A stretch of 60,888 nt of DNA, the filler included, from Stramenopiles sp. TOSAG23-3 (lineage: Eukaryota), in assembly GCA_900128585.1 (NCBI GenBank). It is 15 parts of 15 records of this genome, joined end to end, with 100 filler letters (N's around TTAATTAATTAA, not from the genome) between each part and the next. Parts side by side here need not be neighbours in the genome. Positions count along the whole stretch, not along the records: positions 28,552 to 32,515 come from LT644008.1; positions 32,616 to 36,573 come from LT644009.1; positions 36,674 to 40,630 come from LT644010.1; 12 more parts are not named here. The stretch is one strand, 5' to 3'. The position numbers and the translations under genes are program-made. Below are positions 28,728 to 40,215 of the stretch, piece by piece (position 1 is the first letter of the stretch; the number at the start of each line of letters is the position of its first letter). The notes beneath the pieces were generated by a model that ran no database searches, was not told the origin of the DNA, and was given only the letters and a program-made list of their open reading frames with translations.

Positions 28728-29009
28728 TCGTCGGAGATCTCGGATTATTATTTTTATTATTATTTTTTAGTAGTAGTATTACGACAGAAGAAGAAAGAAA
28801 AGGAGGAAGAAATAAATAAAGAAGAGATTTTTTTATTCAACAAGTTAAATTGATTGTTTCATTTATTATGAGAGACTGAAGGTGTTTGTTGTGATAGGGT
28901 TTATTAAAGATGTAAAAGAAAACATGAATCGTTTGGCACAGGAAACTGGTTTTCCATGCAGTTAAGTTTCTGCACAAAAGTATAAATAAACCTCCTAGGT
29001 TTGCCAAGC

Positions 29010-32000
29010 ATGGTTTGGATCACCTTACTTCTTCTCTCCAGCCTGCTTTGCAGTTTTGGATTCGCGCAGGATGATGACCCTCACTTGCCTAGTCGAATTG
29101 CCTTGAACGGGTTGACGCGGCAAAAAGATCTCGTTGCGTCTCCCTTTTTGTACTTGTCGCCGATTGTGGTTTCTTGGGTTCCAGGGGATACCAAAGGAGA
29201 ACATGCAAGCAATGCTTTAACATCACCCATACAAGTCACAGTATCAGAGGAGTGCCCATACTGTGTGGAGCACACACTTGTTTGGAGTTTCTCTGGGGAA
29301 TTCAAAAGGTCTCCGTCTTTCCAGATTCCAAAACGAATATTGAAAAAAATGATGCCAAAACGTTCCTATGCCATGCAATTGCGCCACAACAACGACACCT
29401 CGTGGTCACAACCACTCGTGTTTGACATTGCCCCTGAAATATCCGACTGGGATAAAGCTGAGTGGGTCGGAGGTGCATCGCAGTTGAGGTCGGAGATCCT
29501 TTTGGCAAAGGGAAAAGAAGTCGGAAAGGCGAGGGCCTACGCCAGTGGATTAGGTGCCTTTCAGCTGCATGTGAACGGGGGAATTGTTGGTGACCACATT
29601 ATGGACCCTGGTGAATCAGTGTATGACCAAAAAGTTCTTTATGTGGGGTTTGACGTGACTCCTCTACTGCAGCCGGGAAAGCTGAACGTTTTTGGTGCGG
29701 TGGTTGGGAATTCAAAATTTGGATATTTGGATATATATGCAAACAGGAGCAAAGTTCACGACCAATCGGGGGACTCCACGCGAGCTTTCATCATGCTTTG
29801 CGTTGTTACATACAAAGATGGTTCCGAAGAAATGTTCACGACCACAAGCGATTCCTCCAGCCCTCAGTCGACTTGGATGGCCAGGCACGGCCCAATAGTC
29901 TACGACCACCTTTGGCACGGCGAGATTTTCGATCATCGTTTGACAATCGAAGGGTGGGATGCAGGATCGTTACAACGTGGAGACGAGTGGGCGGCGGCGA
30001 AGAAAATGGTGCCTGTTGTGGGAGAACTGGTGCCGCAGCAAATGCCCCCGATTAGAATTACAGAGACTCTACTGCCGGTTCACTCTAGATGCAGCAATGA
30101 TGCTTGTGTGTTTGATTTTGGCCTGAACTTCGCTGGACTGACAGCGCTCACGTTCAGCATCCCTTCCTCTAAGATTAGCGCAACAATCATGCTCCGCTTG
30201 AAACACACAGAAATATTGGGGGAGAACGGGGAGCCTTTCAACAATTACTACCCTGGGATGGAGCACAACGGGGCAAGCAAAACATGTTCAATGAGCGATT
30301 GGTACGAGGGACTTTGGTACGAATGCGCAAACCAGACGGACGCCATCATCATCTCAACGCTGAATTCCACTTCTGCCCAGGAATTAGTGATGTATTCACC
30401 CACGTTCACGTACCACGGCTTTCGATTTGTGGAGTTGACCGCTGTAGAGATAGGGGCAGATGGTAAGGAAATGGCGTTGTCGCTCGAATTGGAAAACGCG
30501 TTTCCGTTTGGTGCCGAGCTGGTTGCGCACCGTGCCCATAGCGACATTGAAAAGAGGACCACGATTGACTTTACGCAGCCAGAATCTTCGCCTGGACGTA
30601 CCCAGGAAACTGCGTCACTCTTGGAAAAACTTTTTAACGCAACCATTAACTCGCACACAAGCAACCTGTGGTCCATCCCTACAGATTGCCCACAGCGGGA
30701 AAAGCGAGGATGGATGGCAGACGCTGGAATTTCATCGCTGTCGTTGCAAGAATTTTTTGATAGCTTTGCTTTTCATGCCAATTTTCTCCGACGAATAGTT
30801 GACAACCAGAGGAAAGGTTGCACCGATCAGCCAACAACCAACAACGGCCACCCGTGCCAACACCAAGGCGCAGAGCCAGCGGCGCAATGGTTCAATGGAA
30901 GCGTTCCTGATGTAGTCCCATTTCCAACATCACCTTATGGAGGGAATCCTGGGACAGTAGATTGGCAAGCAGCATTTATTATGATCGGAGGAAATATGCT
31001 GAAAAGCTATGGGAAAGAGAGGACCTCTCCTTTGCTAAACGAACTTTGGCCCCACTATGTATCGTTGATGGATTATTACGAACGAAATGTGGACAAAGGC
31101 ACTGGTTTGCTCTTGCAAGGAGCCCGGGGAGATTGGGTTCCACCTGTAAACACCGCAAAACCAACCGGGGCAGAACCCACAGCGGCTTTTTTTCACACCC
31201 TTTGCGTTCAGTATATGTCAGAAATTGCAACAGCAATCGGCCGTAGTGCCGATGCAGCACGATACTCAAAACGATTAACGACCAACAGGAAAGCTTACCA
31301 TTCTAAGTTCTACAACAAAACGGGCAAATCCTGTTGCTATGGCTCCGGCAGCCAAACCAACAACATCTATGCTTTGTACATACATGCCGTGCCCACAAAA
31401 TCAATTGAAGACGAAACCGTTCAAGCGCTGGTCTCTGCTATTCATTTTCACAACAAGAGTGTGGATGACTCAAGGGTTGTCGAACGAAGTGTTAGTGACG
31501 AATCGGCAGTTGCCCCTGTGCCTCCCTGGGGAGATGGGCCACATTTAGACATGGGAATTTTTGGGACTACTTTTGTATTTGATGTCTTGAAGGCGCATGG
31601 CCTTGATGACCTTGGTTTTCAAATTCTCAACAGAACGGATTACCCGTCCCTGGGCTATATGATTGCGCAAGGGTCTACAACGCTTTGGGAAGGATGGACT
31701 GGAACAAGGAATTTAATTGGCGAGGCAACAAGTCGCAACCATATTATGTTTGGCGGGGGAGTCATCAGGTTTTTAGCTACCCAGCTTGTTGGTTTGCCTT
31801 CCAATGCACACGACGATGGAGTGTTGACCATTTCTCCTGCAAAGTGGGCAATTGAAAACCTGTACCAAATGTCCGGCACCCGTGACATGGGCCGCGGCAG
31901 GGTTGGCGTGGCATGGGCTCGTGCAAAGAACCAGCCCCACACGTTAGAACTCAACGTTTCCCTCCCATCGTTGTCAGCCGCGCATGTCCGACTTCCTGCC

Positions 32001-32180
32001 TCCCACCAATGCGAGAATATTTTTGTACAGCAAGTCTCCGACAGGCAAGGCACTGTTCTACCATTGCCCAAGGTAGACTGTCAAATTGAAAGAAGCCCAA
32101 CTGTAACATACGCCATCCTTCAGATTCCAATCTTCAACCAACGCACACATTGGGTCATTCATACTTCTCTAAATAATTAA
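29010..32180 (+). CDS. Secreted alpha-L-rhamnosidase (GH78)
   Basis: Signal peptide; VFDFGLNFAG, PTFTYHGFRFVE, IPTDCPQREKRGWMAD, TTLWEGW and SRNHIMFG motifs. Confidence 0.93.
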   Translation: MVWITLLLLSSLLCSFGFAQDDDPHLPSRIALNGLTRQKDLVASPFLYLSPIVVSWVPGDTKGEHASNALTSPIQVTVSEECPYCVEHTLVWSFSGEFKRSPSFQIPKRILKKMMPKRSYAMQLRHNNDTSWSQPLVFDIAPEISDWDKAEWVGGASQLRSEILLAKGKEVGKARAYASGLGAFQLHVNGGIVGDHIMDPGESVYDQKVLYVGFDVTPLLQPGKLNVFGAVVGNSKFGYLDIYANRSKVHDQSGDSTRAFIMLCVVTYKDGSEEMFTTTSDSSSPQSTWMARHGPIVYDHLWHGEIFDHRLTIEGWDAGSLQRGDEWAAAKKMVPVVGELVPQQMPPIRITETLLPVHSRCSNDACVFDFGLNFAGLTALTFSIPSSKISATIMLRLKHTEILGENGEPFNNYYPGMEHNGASKTCSMSDWYEGLWYECANQTDAIIISTLNSTSAQELVMYSPTFTYHGFRFVELTAVEIGADGKEMALSLELENAFPFGAELVAHRAHSDIEKRTTIDFTQPESSPGRTQETASLLEKLFNATINSHTSNLWSIPTDCPQREKRGWMADAGISSLSLQEFFDSFAFHANFLRRIVDNQRKGCTDQPTTNNGHPCQHQGAEPAAQWFNGSVPDVVPFPTSPYGGNPGTVDWQAAFIMIGGNMLKSYGKERTSPLLNELWPHYVSLMDYYERNVDKGTGLLLQGARGDWVPPVNTAKPTGAEPTAAFFHTLCVQYMSEIATAIGRSADAARYSKRLTTNRKAYHSKFYNKTGKSCCYGSGSQTNNIYALYIHAVPTKSIEDETVQALVSAIHFHNKSVDDSRVVERSVSDESAVAPVPPWGDGPHLDMGIFGTTFVFDVLKAHGLDDLGFQILNRTDYPSLGYMIAQGSTTLWEGWTGTRNLIGEATSRNHIMFGGGVIRFLATQLVGLPSNAHDDGVLTISPAKWAIENLYQMSGTRDMGRGRVGVAWARAKNQPHTLELNVSLPSLSAAHVRLPASHQCENIFVQQVSDRQGTVLPLPKVDCQIERSPTVTYAILQIPIFNQRTHWVIHTSLNN

Positions 32181-32436
32181 AGAAGAAGAAAAACGAAAAT
32201 AAATAAATTGCAGCATATTATACATACGTATATAGTGTGTATATAATATTATTTATCAAAAAAAAGTCAAAAAAACTCCTCCCTCCTCCTCCTCCTCCTC
32301 CCAAAAAATCCGTCCTCAAGATCTTCTTCTCTATTTCCCCCTATATATATAATATTAATATAATTACAATATATTGTATACTAATAATAGTTGACCGTTC
32401 AAAATAATAATCCAGTCTTCTCTCAGGAAGAAGTCC

Positions 32437-32457
32437 GAAGAAGAAGAAGAAGAAGAA

Positions 32458-32514
<57 letters not shown>

Positions 32515-32515
32515 A
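32437..32515. repeat. (GAA)n/(GAAA)n microsatellite at contig end
   Basis: Directly visible. Confidence 0.95.
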
Positions 32516-32901
32516 NNNNNNNNNNNNNNNNNNNNNNNNNNNNNNNNNNNNNNNNNNNNTTAATTAATTAANNNNNNNNNNNNNNNNNNNNNNNNNNNNN
32601 NNNNNNNNNNNNNNNAAAATAAAAAAACTTAGATAGAAGAATACTTTCTTCTTCTACTACGGTACTTGGTAGACTATTAATAATGATGATTAATTTTATT
32701 ATTTTATAATACAATAATAATACCTTGGTATTATTATTACAAAAAAAAAAAAAAGTTGCTGGCGGCGGCGGGCGGCTGCTGCATTTAAAAAAACATATTT
32801 TGTCATATATAAATACATAGTCCTATATATGACAAGAACGATTATTTTGAAAAAGTGGTAGAATAAGGAAAGGAATTCGTCAATCAGCTTATTTTATTGA
32901 A

Positions 32902-34269
32902 ATGAGGGACAACGAAAGAATGACGACGGGTGGGTTCATCGCAACGGTGTATTTGTTGTTTGGCCTTTTCTGCCTTGTGGTGCAGACGGCTTGTAGCGTA
33001 GACAATGGGGTCGGTCTGACACCTCCGATGGGTTGGCGGTCCTGGAACTGTTTTGGCGCGGACGTTTCGCAAGAAAAAATGACCAACATAATGGATGCCA
33101 TGGCTGATAAGTCGAGGGTCGATGTGGTTACTGGGAATGGAAGCATCAGCTTGCTGGACGTCGGGTACAACAACTGCGGCCTCGACGACAACTGGCAAGC
33201 GTGCGGCGCAGGTCCGCAGGACTCTTTCAACGACGAAAACGGCGCCCCGCTGATCAACACGACAACGTTTCCAGACATGAAGGCGATGACGGACCATGGC
33301 CATAGCCTCGGTCTACGCGTTGGCTGGTACATGAACAATTGCATCTGCAGAGAGAACAAGCTGAAAGGCGACGACTTTGTCGAGAAAGTGTGGGCTGGGT
33401 CTGCGAACGCTGTCGCTTCCTATGGTTTCGATGGTGTAAAGCTTGATGGGTGCGGGCAATTTTTAAACCTGACGAAGTGGGCAATTTTGCTGAACCAAAC
33501 AGGGCGCCCGATTCTCATTGAGAACTGCCACTGGGGGTTCACGTCCCCTGACAACGGGGCCAAGGAGGTGGAAACAGGAGCGGACGGTATCGTATTTCCA
33601 TCACAAAGCAACGGCCCGTGCGACGGCACAAAGTCACCATCCGACTGCCCGTACAATTTTTACCGGACCAGTGTAGACATTCAAGGGAACTGGAACTCCA
33701 TGATAAGCAACTTGCAGTCCGTGGTCAAGTACGTCAACCACGACCCGCCATTGTCGCGCCCAGGGGCGTGGGCCTACCCGGACATGCTGGAAGTCGGAAA
33801 CTGGCACGCAACGTTTACCGAGGACCGGGCCCATTTTGGTGCATGGTGCATTTCCTCCAGCCCCCTTGTCCTTGGGTTTGACTTGACGAACAAGACAACA
33901 ATGGATAGGGTGTGGAGTATTGTTGCGAACCGCGAGCTTATTGCAGTGAACCAGGCATGGCACGGGTCCCCTGGGATCTTGGTAAAAAAGGCTTCCAAGT
34001 CGAGCCTCTTTGGGCGCCCAATCTACCAAGTGTGGTCAAAGCCCGTCGGCAGCTCCATGGTCGCCGTGTACTTGCTGAACAACGACGCTCCTGGCAACGA
34101 GCGGGACATTACCTTCAAACTTGCCGATGTCGGCGTCCCTGCCAGTGCAACCGACGTATCGATTCGGTGCCTGTACGAACACAAAGACCTGGGCAAAGTC
34201 TCTGGGAGCACTTTCACTGCAAAAGGCATCCAAGGACACGATAGTCGGTTCTTTCGTTTGTCCTGGTAA
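32902..34269 (+). CDS. Secreted alpha-galactosidase (GH27)
   Basis: DNGVGLTPPMGWRSWN, LDDNW, GVKLDGC (nucleophile region), RTSVDI and PDMLEVGN; hydrophobic N-terminus. Confidence 0.95.
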   Translation: MRDNERMTTGGFIATVYLLFGLFCLVVQTACSVDNGVGLTPPMGWRSWNCFGADVSQEKMTNIMDAMADKSRVDVVTGNGSISLLDVGYNNCGLDDNWQACGAGPQDSFNDENGAPLINTTTFPDMKAMTDHGHSLGLRVGWYMNNCICRENKLKGDDFVEKVWAGSANAVASYGFDGVKLDGCGQFLNLTKWAILLNQTGRPILIENCHWGFTSPDNGAKEVETGADGIVFPSQSNGPCDGTKSPSDCPYNFYRTSVDIQGNWNSMISNLQSVVKYVNHDPPLSRPGAWAYPDMLEVGNWHATFTEDRAHFGAWCISSSPLVLGFDLTNKTTMDRVWSIVANRELIAVNQAWHGSPGILVKKASKSSLFGRPIYQVWSKPVGSSMVAVYLLNNDAPGNERDITFKLADVGVPASATDVSIRCLYEHKDLGKVSGSTFTAKGIQGHDSRFFRLSW

Positions 34270-34989
34270 GTAGTGAAACATTTCTTTATTAAATTGCGAT
34301 AGGCGTGTTAATCCGTAAACACCTGAAAAAATATTGAACGGTAGGTAAAGCTTAAGTAGTTAAAATAGTGTCTATGAAATATTTTTATATTGATGGGCGC
34401 GTATAGTCTTGTATTATATATAAATAAAATATGTTTTATAGAAAAGAAGAGAAAGAAGAAGAACGGAGAACGGAGAACGGAGGACCCACACCGAAATAAA
34501 TGAGATCTTTTATTATAGGTAAATAAATAATTGTTTAGTATAATTATTTGTATATTGTATATAGAATAAAATCCATCTCAAAATTAAATAACGCATGCAT
34601 AAAAACCCACGCACAAGATTCTGTATGCTGTGTAGTATACATTAGAAGGAAAAAAATAAAAAAAGGAGGAAGAAGAAGCAGTAAATTATTCCTTCTTTTT
34701 TTCCATACTGTGTGGTCTTATTTTAATAAATTACACGAAAAAAAAAAAGATTTTTTGAACATTCTTCCCGTTCCACGTCGTCCGGTTGTGTTGTTTTGCA
34801 TTGTTTCTGAATGAACGAAAAGAAAACAGAAGATAGAGGTTGTCGAATCCAAATTTATAAATGTATACTTGCACTTTTTCAAACCACAACAAAACAAAAC
34901 AGAACACTGATAACATCGGATTTTATTAATTATTGCATCTAAACCGAAACAACTACCAACCTACCCACCAACCCTTCCACCCATCTACC

Positions 34990-36573
34990 ATGTCAAAACG
35001 TAGCAGAGCGAAGCGGGGCGTCGGAGGCCGGGGCACTTCTGACCCTCTTGGACGGCGAGGTTCGTCGGGGGGCAGCAACAAGCGTAGTCGGACGTCCAAG
35101 TCTAAAAAATACGAGCTAAAAGTTGACCCGATTGACCTTGAGAAATTGTGCGAACCGTTCGCCAACCAAAAGTTGACGTTTAAGTGTTATTTATATACTC
35201 GTGACGGGGCCTTGTACAACAAGGACGACAGCCCAGCAATTACAGTATCGCTCTACTTTGCCGACGAGACGAATGTTTCTGCCGGCAGAAACAGCAAAAC
35301 AGGATTCTCGTCGCTCGGAAACCTCATCGCAGGGAAAGCGTGCGAGTCGAGCTTCTTGTCCGTGTCAGGGAACAAAATAAACGAAGAAGGGGAGGCGAAG
35401 GTGACCGTGTCGGTCCGGAAACTGTCCAAGGACCTGCGGAACAGAAGCTTTTGCCTTCGTTTCAGAATGGAAGGGACAGAATTTAACGGCGTGCCCCACG
35501 TACTCTCCCACCCGTTTAAAACTTACAAGTATAAAATTAAAGTGGTGAACACTATCGAAAGCAAGTTTTACAAGGACGAGGGAGGACTTCAGAGATCGAT
35601 GCCGTTGCAGATGGAGCTTCACTCTGTGTCGGGCATAGCAACGAAGAACGAGGTCCCACTGGTTTTGACGCTGCACTATGACAATGACAAAAAGGTGCAG
35701 CTGAAGGAAGACGCGCAGAAACTCTTGAGGATAATGGACAGCAAGGCAAAATTACAGATAAAAAAAGGTAAGGCCATGGTGGATTTTCGCATCAACGATG
35801 TCTCCAAAAACCACCAAAATTGTCGCTTTTGCATCAAGGTTGCCCCCGAGAACGTTCCCAAGTACAAGGACGTTGCGTTTGCGTTCACCTCGGGCGTGAA
35901 GGTGTTGTCCAAGCGCAACAAGGCGCAGCGAAAGCCTGGGGAGCTGCTGAGCGAGCTCGGCACTGCCCTGCCGGCAAATGCGCGGGGCGATGCGGGGGAA
36001 AGCGGCGCCGGCATCAGTAAGGAAGACAAGAAGAAGTACCGCGTAAACATGGCCACCCATTTAAAGAAGAAGATCCAGAACGGCGAGAAGATCCCTTTGG
36101 CGAACCTTGTGATGACGGTTGCACAGTATGCCGCCAACACAACAAAGTGGATGGACGAAGTCACGAGCCGCCACAAACAGTTTCAAAATGATTGGAACAA
36201 ATTAATAGCGCCATGCCTTACTCAGCTGGTGGAGCACGCGAAAGCCATCGAAGCAGAAGACGCATCTGCTAACGGCGACGGGCGAGCCGCTGCCCCGAAC
36301 CGTGGGAGGAAAAAGAGCAATCGCGGAAGCAACAGTGCGGCCACCAACGGGGCTGGCTCTAGTTCATCCGCTCTGGCGCCCACCAGCAGCCTGCATCCTC
36401 TGGGCCCGGGGGAAAACACGGCGCGCGGAACATCTTTCGAGATTTCAAAGCTGTTCGCTTCCGGGGATGTGCATGAAACAAATATGGAGAGGCTCCACAG
36501 CCTGAGTTACATGGGGAGGCTGAACTCCCTTCAGGTCCTTCCGGGTGGCCCCAGAACTTCGAGCCTCCTGCCC
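34990..36573 (+). CDS. Putative nuclear protein with two tandem beta-sandwich domains (CudA/p53-like DNA-binding fold suspected); 3'-truncated
   Basis: Basic NLS-like N-terminus; repeats VSVRKLSKDLRNRSFCLRF..SHPFK and FRINDVSKNHQNCRFCIKV..TSGVKVLSKR; runs into the spacer. Confidence 0.6.
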
Positions 36574-36761
36574 NNNNNNNNNNNNNNNNNNNNNNNNNNN
36601 NNNNNNNNNNNNNNNNNTTAATTAATTAANNNNNNNNNNNNNNNNNNNNNNNNNNNNNNNNNNNNNNNNNNNNTATTTTTAATTAATTTGTTTTTTAAGC
36701 GATTACCCTCTCGAACGTAGAAATAATCACTTTAATTTTTTCTATTGTGTTGCTTGTTGGT

Positions 36762-37838
36762 TTACTCGAACAGATGCCTCAAATCATGTGCTGGACCACC
36801 AAATAATGATTCCTTCGATTTGGCACTAGCATCATAGCCCCCGTCCTTCTTTGTCTCTTTTTTGTCTTCTTCTTCCAACTCGATACTTGTTCCGTATTCC
36901 TTGCCTCGTTTATCCACAGCGGTGCCGTCACCATGCATCTCTAATCGATTGTGTTGCGGAGATGGGCCATTTAGCTTTTCCCCGTTGTGCAGGTACGTTG
37001 TAAAGCATTCCAAAAATCCATGCCCTAAATCTTTTTTCGGGTTGATGCATTTTGCAGTGCTAACTGGCTTTCCTTGGTAAAATACACGTCCACCCATACA
37101 TATCAAATACCCTCCCATAACTTTTTCTGGGTTGACGCATTGCCCTACTTTTTCACCGTTGTAAAATGCAAACATCTGAGTTCCTGCATAGTCCCCACCA
37201 AGCAATTTGAAAGTGCTGGCTTGGCCAGCAATATCAATCCTTTTTCCTTTGAAGTAGCCATGGATGGCATCGGTAGCATAGTGCGGACCGTGCGGTGTAA
37301 CTTTACCGGCAGCGCCGCGTACCCGGTTACCGTGGTAGTAGGCCCGACCGGAAATTTGCGCCCAACCGTGGCCGATCAACTTCACTTTATGACCATCGAC
37401 CCCATTGTTTCGCCTTCCCTTGTAGAAGATTGTACCTGTTTTTCCTACTGCCCAAAAACTTGGCTTCCCATCTGGAGATCTTAACACTTTTAGACCATTT
37501 GCGCGCATCCCCGGTCGAGTAGAGGCAAACTCTTGACCCTTGAAAAACGCTTTGCCCCCAGTTCTGCTTACGGAGTGGGGCATAATAGCGTACCCAGCCC
37601 CCAAAACTTTCAAATTTGGCGTGTCCAATTTCGTCCAAGACTTTGGATCCGATTGCTTTATTTTTGCATAGAAAAAATCCCAATCCCTTTTCCAATACCC
37701 GCTTCCCAGCTTTTTAAAACCAAGTTGGCGATACTTGTAAGGAGTTATGGGCGCCCTCAACGTCGCCGCGCTGGCGCAAGACGATAACGCCACGAAGGCA
37801 CAAACAACAACGCTCGCAGTCCATCGAAGCGAGTTCAT
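36762..37838 (-). CDS. Secreted protein with DKNYY-like repeats
   Basis: Signal peptide; repeated (L/F)K(V/L)(L/I)GxG(Y/W)A..(F/Y)(Y/F)xG units, e.g. HYATDAIHGYFKGKRI and TFKLLGGDYA. Confidence 0.65.
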   Translation of the reverse strand: MNSLRWTASVVVCAFVALSSCASAATLRAPITPYKYRQLGFKKLGSGYWKRDWDFFYAKIKQSDPKSWTKLDTPNLKVLGAGYAIMPHSVSRTGGKAFFKGQEFASTRPGMRANGLKVLRSPDGKPSFWAVGKTGTIFYKGRRNNGVDGHKVKLIGHGWAQISGRAYYHGNRVRGAAGKVTPHGPHYATDAIHGYFKGKRIDIAGQASTFKLLGGDYAGTQMFAFYNGEKVGQCVNPEKVMGGYLICMGGRVFYQGKPVSTAKCINPKKDLGHGFLECFTTYLHNGEKLNGPSPQHNRLEMHGDGTAVDKRGKEYGTSIELEEEDKKETKKDGGYDASAKSKESLFGGPAHDLRHLFE

Positions 37839-38009
37839 GACTACACGGTATATGTATAGTAGCTCTAGAAAAAATATTAGAGCGCACGAAAGGGTTTGCA
37901 GAAACAGGCTTCTTCCAATCCCAATCTCAACTTGAACGGTGTGTTCAGTTTATACATTGTTCGTTTTGTTGTTAGATCCTCAGCTTTCCTCCACAGTCCT
38001 CATTATCAC

Positions 38010-38208
38010 CTCTTCCTCTCCTCTTCTTCTTCTTCTTCCTCTTCCTCCTCTTCTTCTTCTTCCTCTTCCTCCTCTTCTTCCTCTTCCTCTTCCTCCTCTT
38101 CTTCCTCTTCCGTATTCTTTCTTCCTCTTCTTCCTCTTCTTTCTTCTTCTTCCTCTTCCTCCTCTTCTTCCTCTTCCTCCTCTTCTTCCTCTTTCTTCCT
38201 CTTCTTCT
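38010..38208. repeat. (CTT/CCT)n microsatellite
   Basis: Directly visible; produces spurious poly-S, L/P and K/R ORFs. Confidence 0.95.
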
Positions 38209-38316
38209 TAGGTAGTAAAATATGGTTTTATGCCCTATCACACCATCCTCTAGGCTTCGTTTTTAATAATAAAAGAACCAAAGCGCATATGATATTTAGT
38301 ACGTTTCACCTTTTGC

Positions 38317-40215
38317 TCATCTGAATCGACTCCAGTCGGACGGCGGGACCCGTTCCCATTGCTGGGTCTTTTTCTTCTGGCTTTTCTTAACCTTTTGGGA
38401 CGTAGCACCCCGGCCAAACGCTTTCCTTTGCGGGGATGAGGATTGCATCATTTTTTCCGTGTTTTGCACCTTTTGTTCCATCAGATGTTCAGGGTTGTAA
38501 CTTTGAAATTGCTTTGGGACGTTCCCCACGCGCCTGCTCTGGTAATTGCCGTGCCGCATCTCGTTCGCAGTTTTCTTACCCACGTGCGCTCTGTCTTTTC
38601 CGTTGTTCTGTTGCCTTTGCGACTTCCCACGGTGAGAGTTTGGCTTGCCGGGAGGTCTGGTGGGAAGGTGGGCTAACGTTGGTGACTTTTTCGTCAACGC
38701 TTGCCTTGGAGACTTTCGGCGCTCGGGGGCAGGGCCCAGCGTGGACTTCTCGGCCCCCTTTGCAGCGACCATCATGTCGAACGAAGCTTTCTGTCTCATG
38801 TCTGCGAGGTGCTTTGCTTCGAATTTTTCCAAGTCTTCTTTTTCCTTCAGCTTCCGTCTCGTGTCTTGCAGTCTCATTGTTGTCTCGGCGTTCTCCATTT
38901 CCAATCGACCGACGTTGTTCGCCAGGGCCCGCAGAATCTTTGCGTCGCCGCCTATGATGGCCTTTTTCGTGTGATCCCCGCTCACCGAGCTGTGTACGGT
39001 CCTAAGCATTCCTTCTAGTGCGTTAAGTTTCCGAGCCATTGCAGAAACCTGTTCGCTCAGGCAACGAAACCCGTCGGGGCCGGCGGCTTTCATCGCTTGT
39101 TCCTGCTGCCTTTGTTCTAATTTGATGACGAGACGGGCGTAACATGTCGCCCGCATCGCATCGTGCTCTTCTCGTCTCCGCTGCCTGTCGTCTTCCGTTT
39201 GCATCACAGCGTCCTTGATAGCGTCAGGGGTGTCCGAGTGTTCTTCCACTTCGCCTTCCCCGTGAGTGTGCGCCAGGTGCTTTCTCATGAAAAAAATTGT
39301 CAACGCCCGAAACGAGACCCGATTCTCCTTTACGTTTTTTACAAGCGAGTCGTACGCCCTGTGAAACTGCGATGGTACCAGCAAAGGGTTGTGCCCAGAG
39401 TGGCCGTACTGGCGAGCAACGTTTTGAATGTTGTACGAGTTCGAGGTCAGCGCTTTCAGTAGCTGGCACTTCGAAACGTTTCCCGTGTCCGAAATCTGTC
39501 CCAGAATGTCGTAGAACGCTTCCGTGAACCCTTCGAGGCAAAAGGGCTGAGGGCCCACGGTGCCAATGCTGCCTATGATTTCTTTTAGTGTGATGAACCC
39601 TGTCCCGTCGTCATCGATCTCTTTGAACTTTTTCCAGAACGTTTTGGGCCTGCAAAAGGACTTTAAATCGTCGCAGCACTGCGCCAACGCTTGGAGCCGA
39701 GGGTGCTTCATAATTGCCTCCGTGCACTTTCTTCGCGATATGGCGCAGTCGATTCTCGGGTCGTCAATATAGAGCGCGTACTTCACCGCGTTGGCAATCT
39801 CATTGTCTGTCAATGCTTTCTCCGTTCTACTGACGGCACCTCCAGCGTCTCGGCAGTTAGAGACCCATGTCAGAACCTTCGCCGCATCAAACCCCTTCAT
39901 GCCTAAATCGATAAGATCGGCCTTGGCAATAAACCCGCCGTCCAACAGAGCCCCATCGATGCTGTTGGCCTCGAACAGGCTTGTGTATTTTCCCAACCCT
40001 AAGGCAAGCAAAAACTGCGAAACGTGGCCCGTAGTCCAGTCCTTTAAATATTTCGGCAAACTGTCCGCATACTTTTCACTTCTGTACATTTTTTTGTATT
40101 TCTTTAACTCTACCCCCCTTGCTTTCAACTGTTCCCTCAAGAGCACATTCTCTTTCTGCGCTGTGGTGCACTGGTCTTTCAAGGACCGTATAATGGAGGT
40201 CCCCGTCTCTGACAT
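38317..40215 (-). CDS. SAM domain + EF-hand + coiled-coil protein
   Basis: SAM: WTTGHVSQFLLALGLGKYTSLFEANSIDGALL..DLIDLGM; EF loop DDDGTGFITLKE. Confidence 0.85.
   Translation of the reverse strand: MSETGTSIIRSLKDQCTTAQKENVLLREQLKARGVELKKYKKMYRSEKYADSLPKYLKDWTTGHVSQFLLALGLGKYTSLFEANSIDGALLDGGFIAKADLIDLGMKGFDAAKVLTWVSNCRDAGGAVSRTEKALTDNEIANAVKYALYIDDPRIDCAISRRKCTEAIMKHPRLQALAQCCDDLKSFCRPKTFWKKFKEIDDDGTGFITLKEIIGSIGTVGPQPFCLEGFTEAFYDILGQISDTGNVSKCQLLKALTSNSYNIQNVARQYGHSGHNPLLVPSQFHRAYDSLVKNVKENRVSFRALTIFFMRKHLAHTHGEGEVEEHSDTPDAIKDAVMQTEDDRQRRREEHDAMRATCYARLVIKLEQRQQEQAMKAAGPDGFRCLSEQVSAMARKLNALEGMLRTVHSSVSGDHTKKAIIGGDAKILRALANNVGRLEMENAETTMRLQDTRRKLKEKEDLEKFEAKHLADMRQKASFDMMVAAKGAEKSTLGPAPERRKSPRQALTKKSPTLAHLPTRPPGKPNSHRGKSQRQQNNGKDRAHVGKKTANEMRHGNYQSRRVGNVPKQFQSYNPEHLMEQKVQNTEKMMQSSSPQRKAFGRGATSQKVKKSQKKKTQQWERVPPSDWSRFR

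Noticed and set aside
29010-34269. GH78 rhamnosidase next to GH27 galactosidase as a CAZyme gene cluster
   Set aside because: They are on different contigs separated by a spacer, and contig order reflects length only.
37896-38324. Poly-Ser, Leu/Pro and Lys/Arg ORFs (also 195-721, 51720-52105, 56894-57085, 60069-60374)
   Set aside because: Translations of microsatellites or of alternative frames of the STT3 Lys-rich tail.
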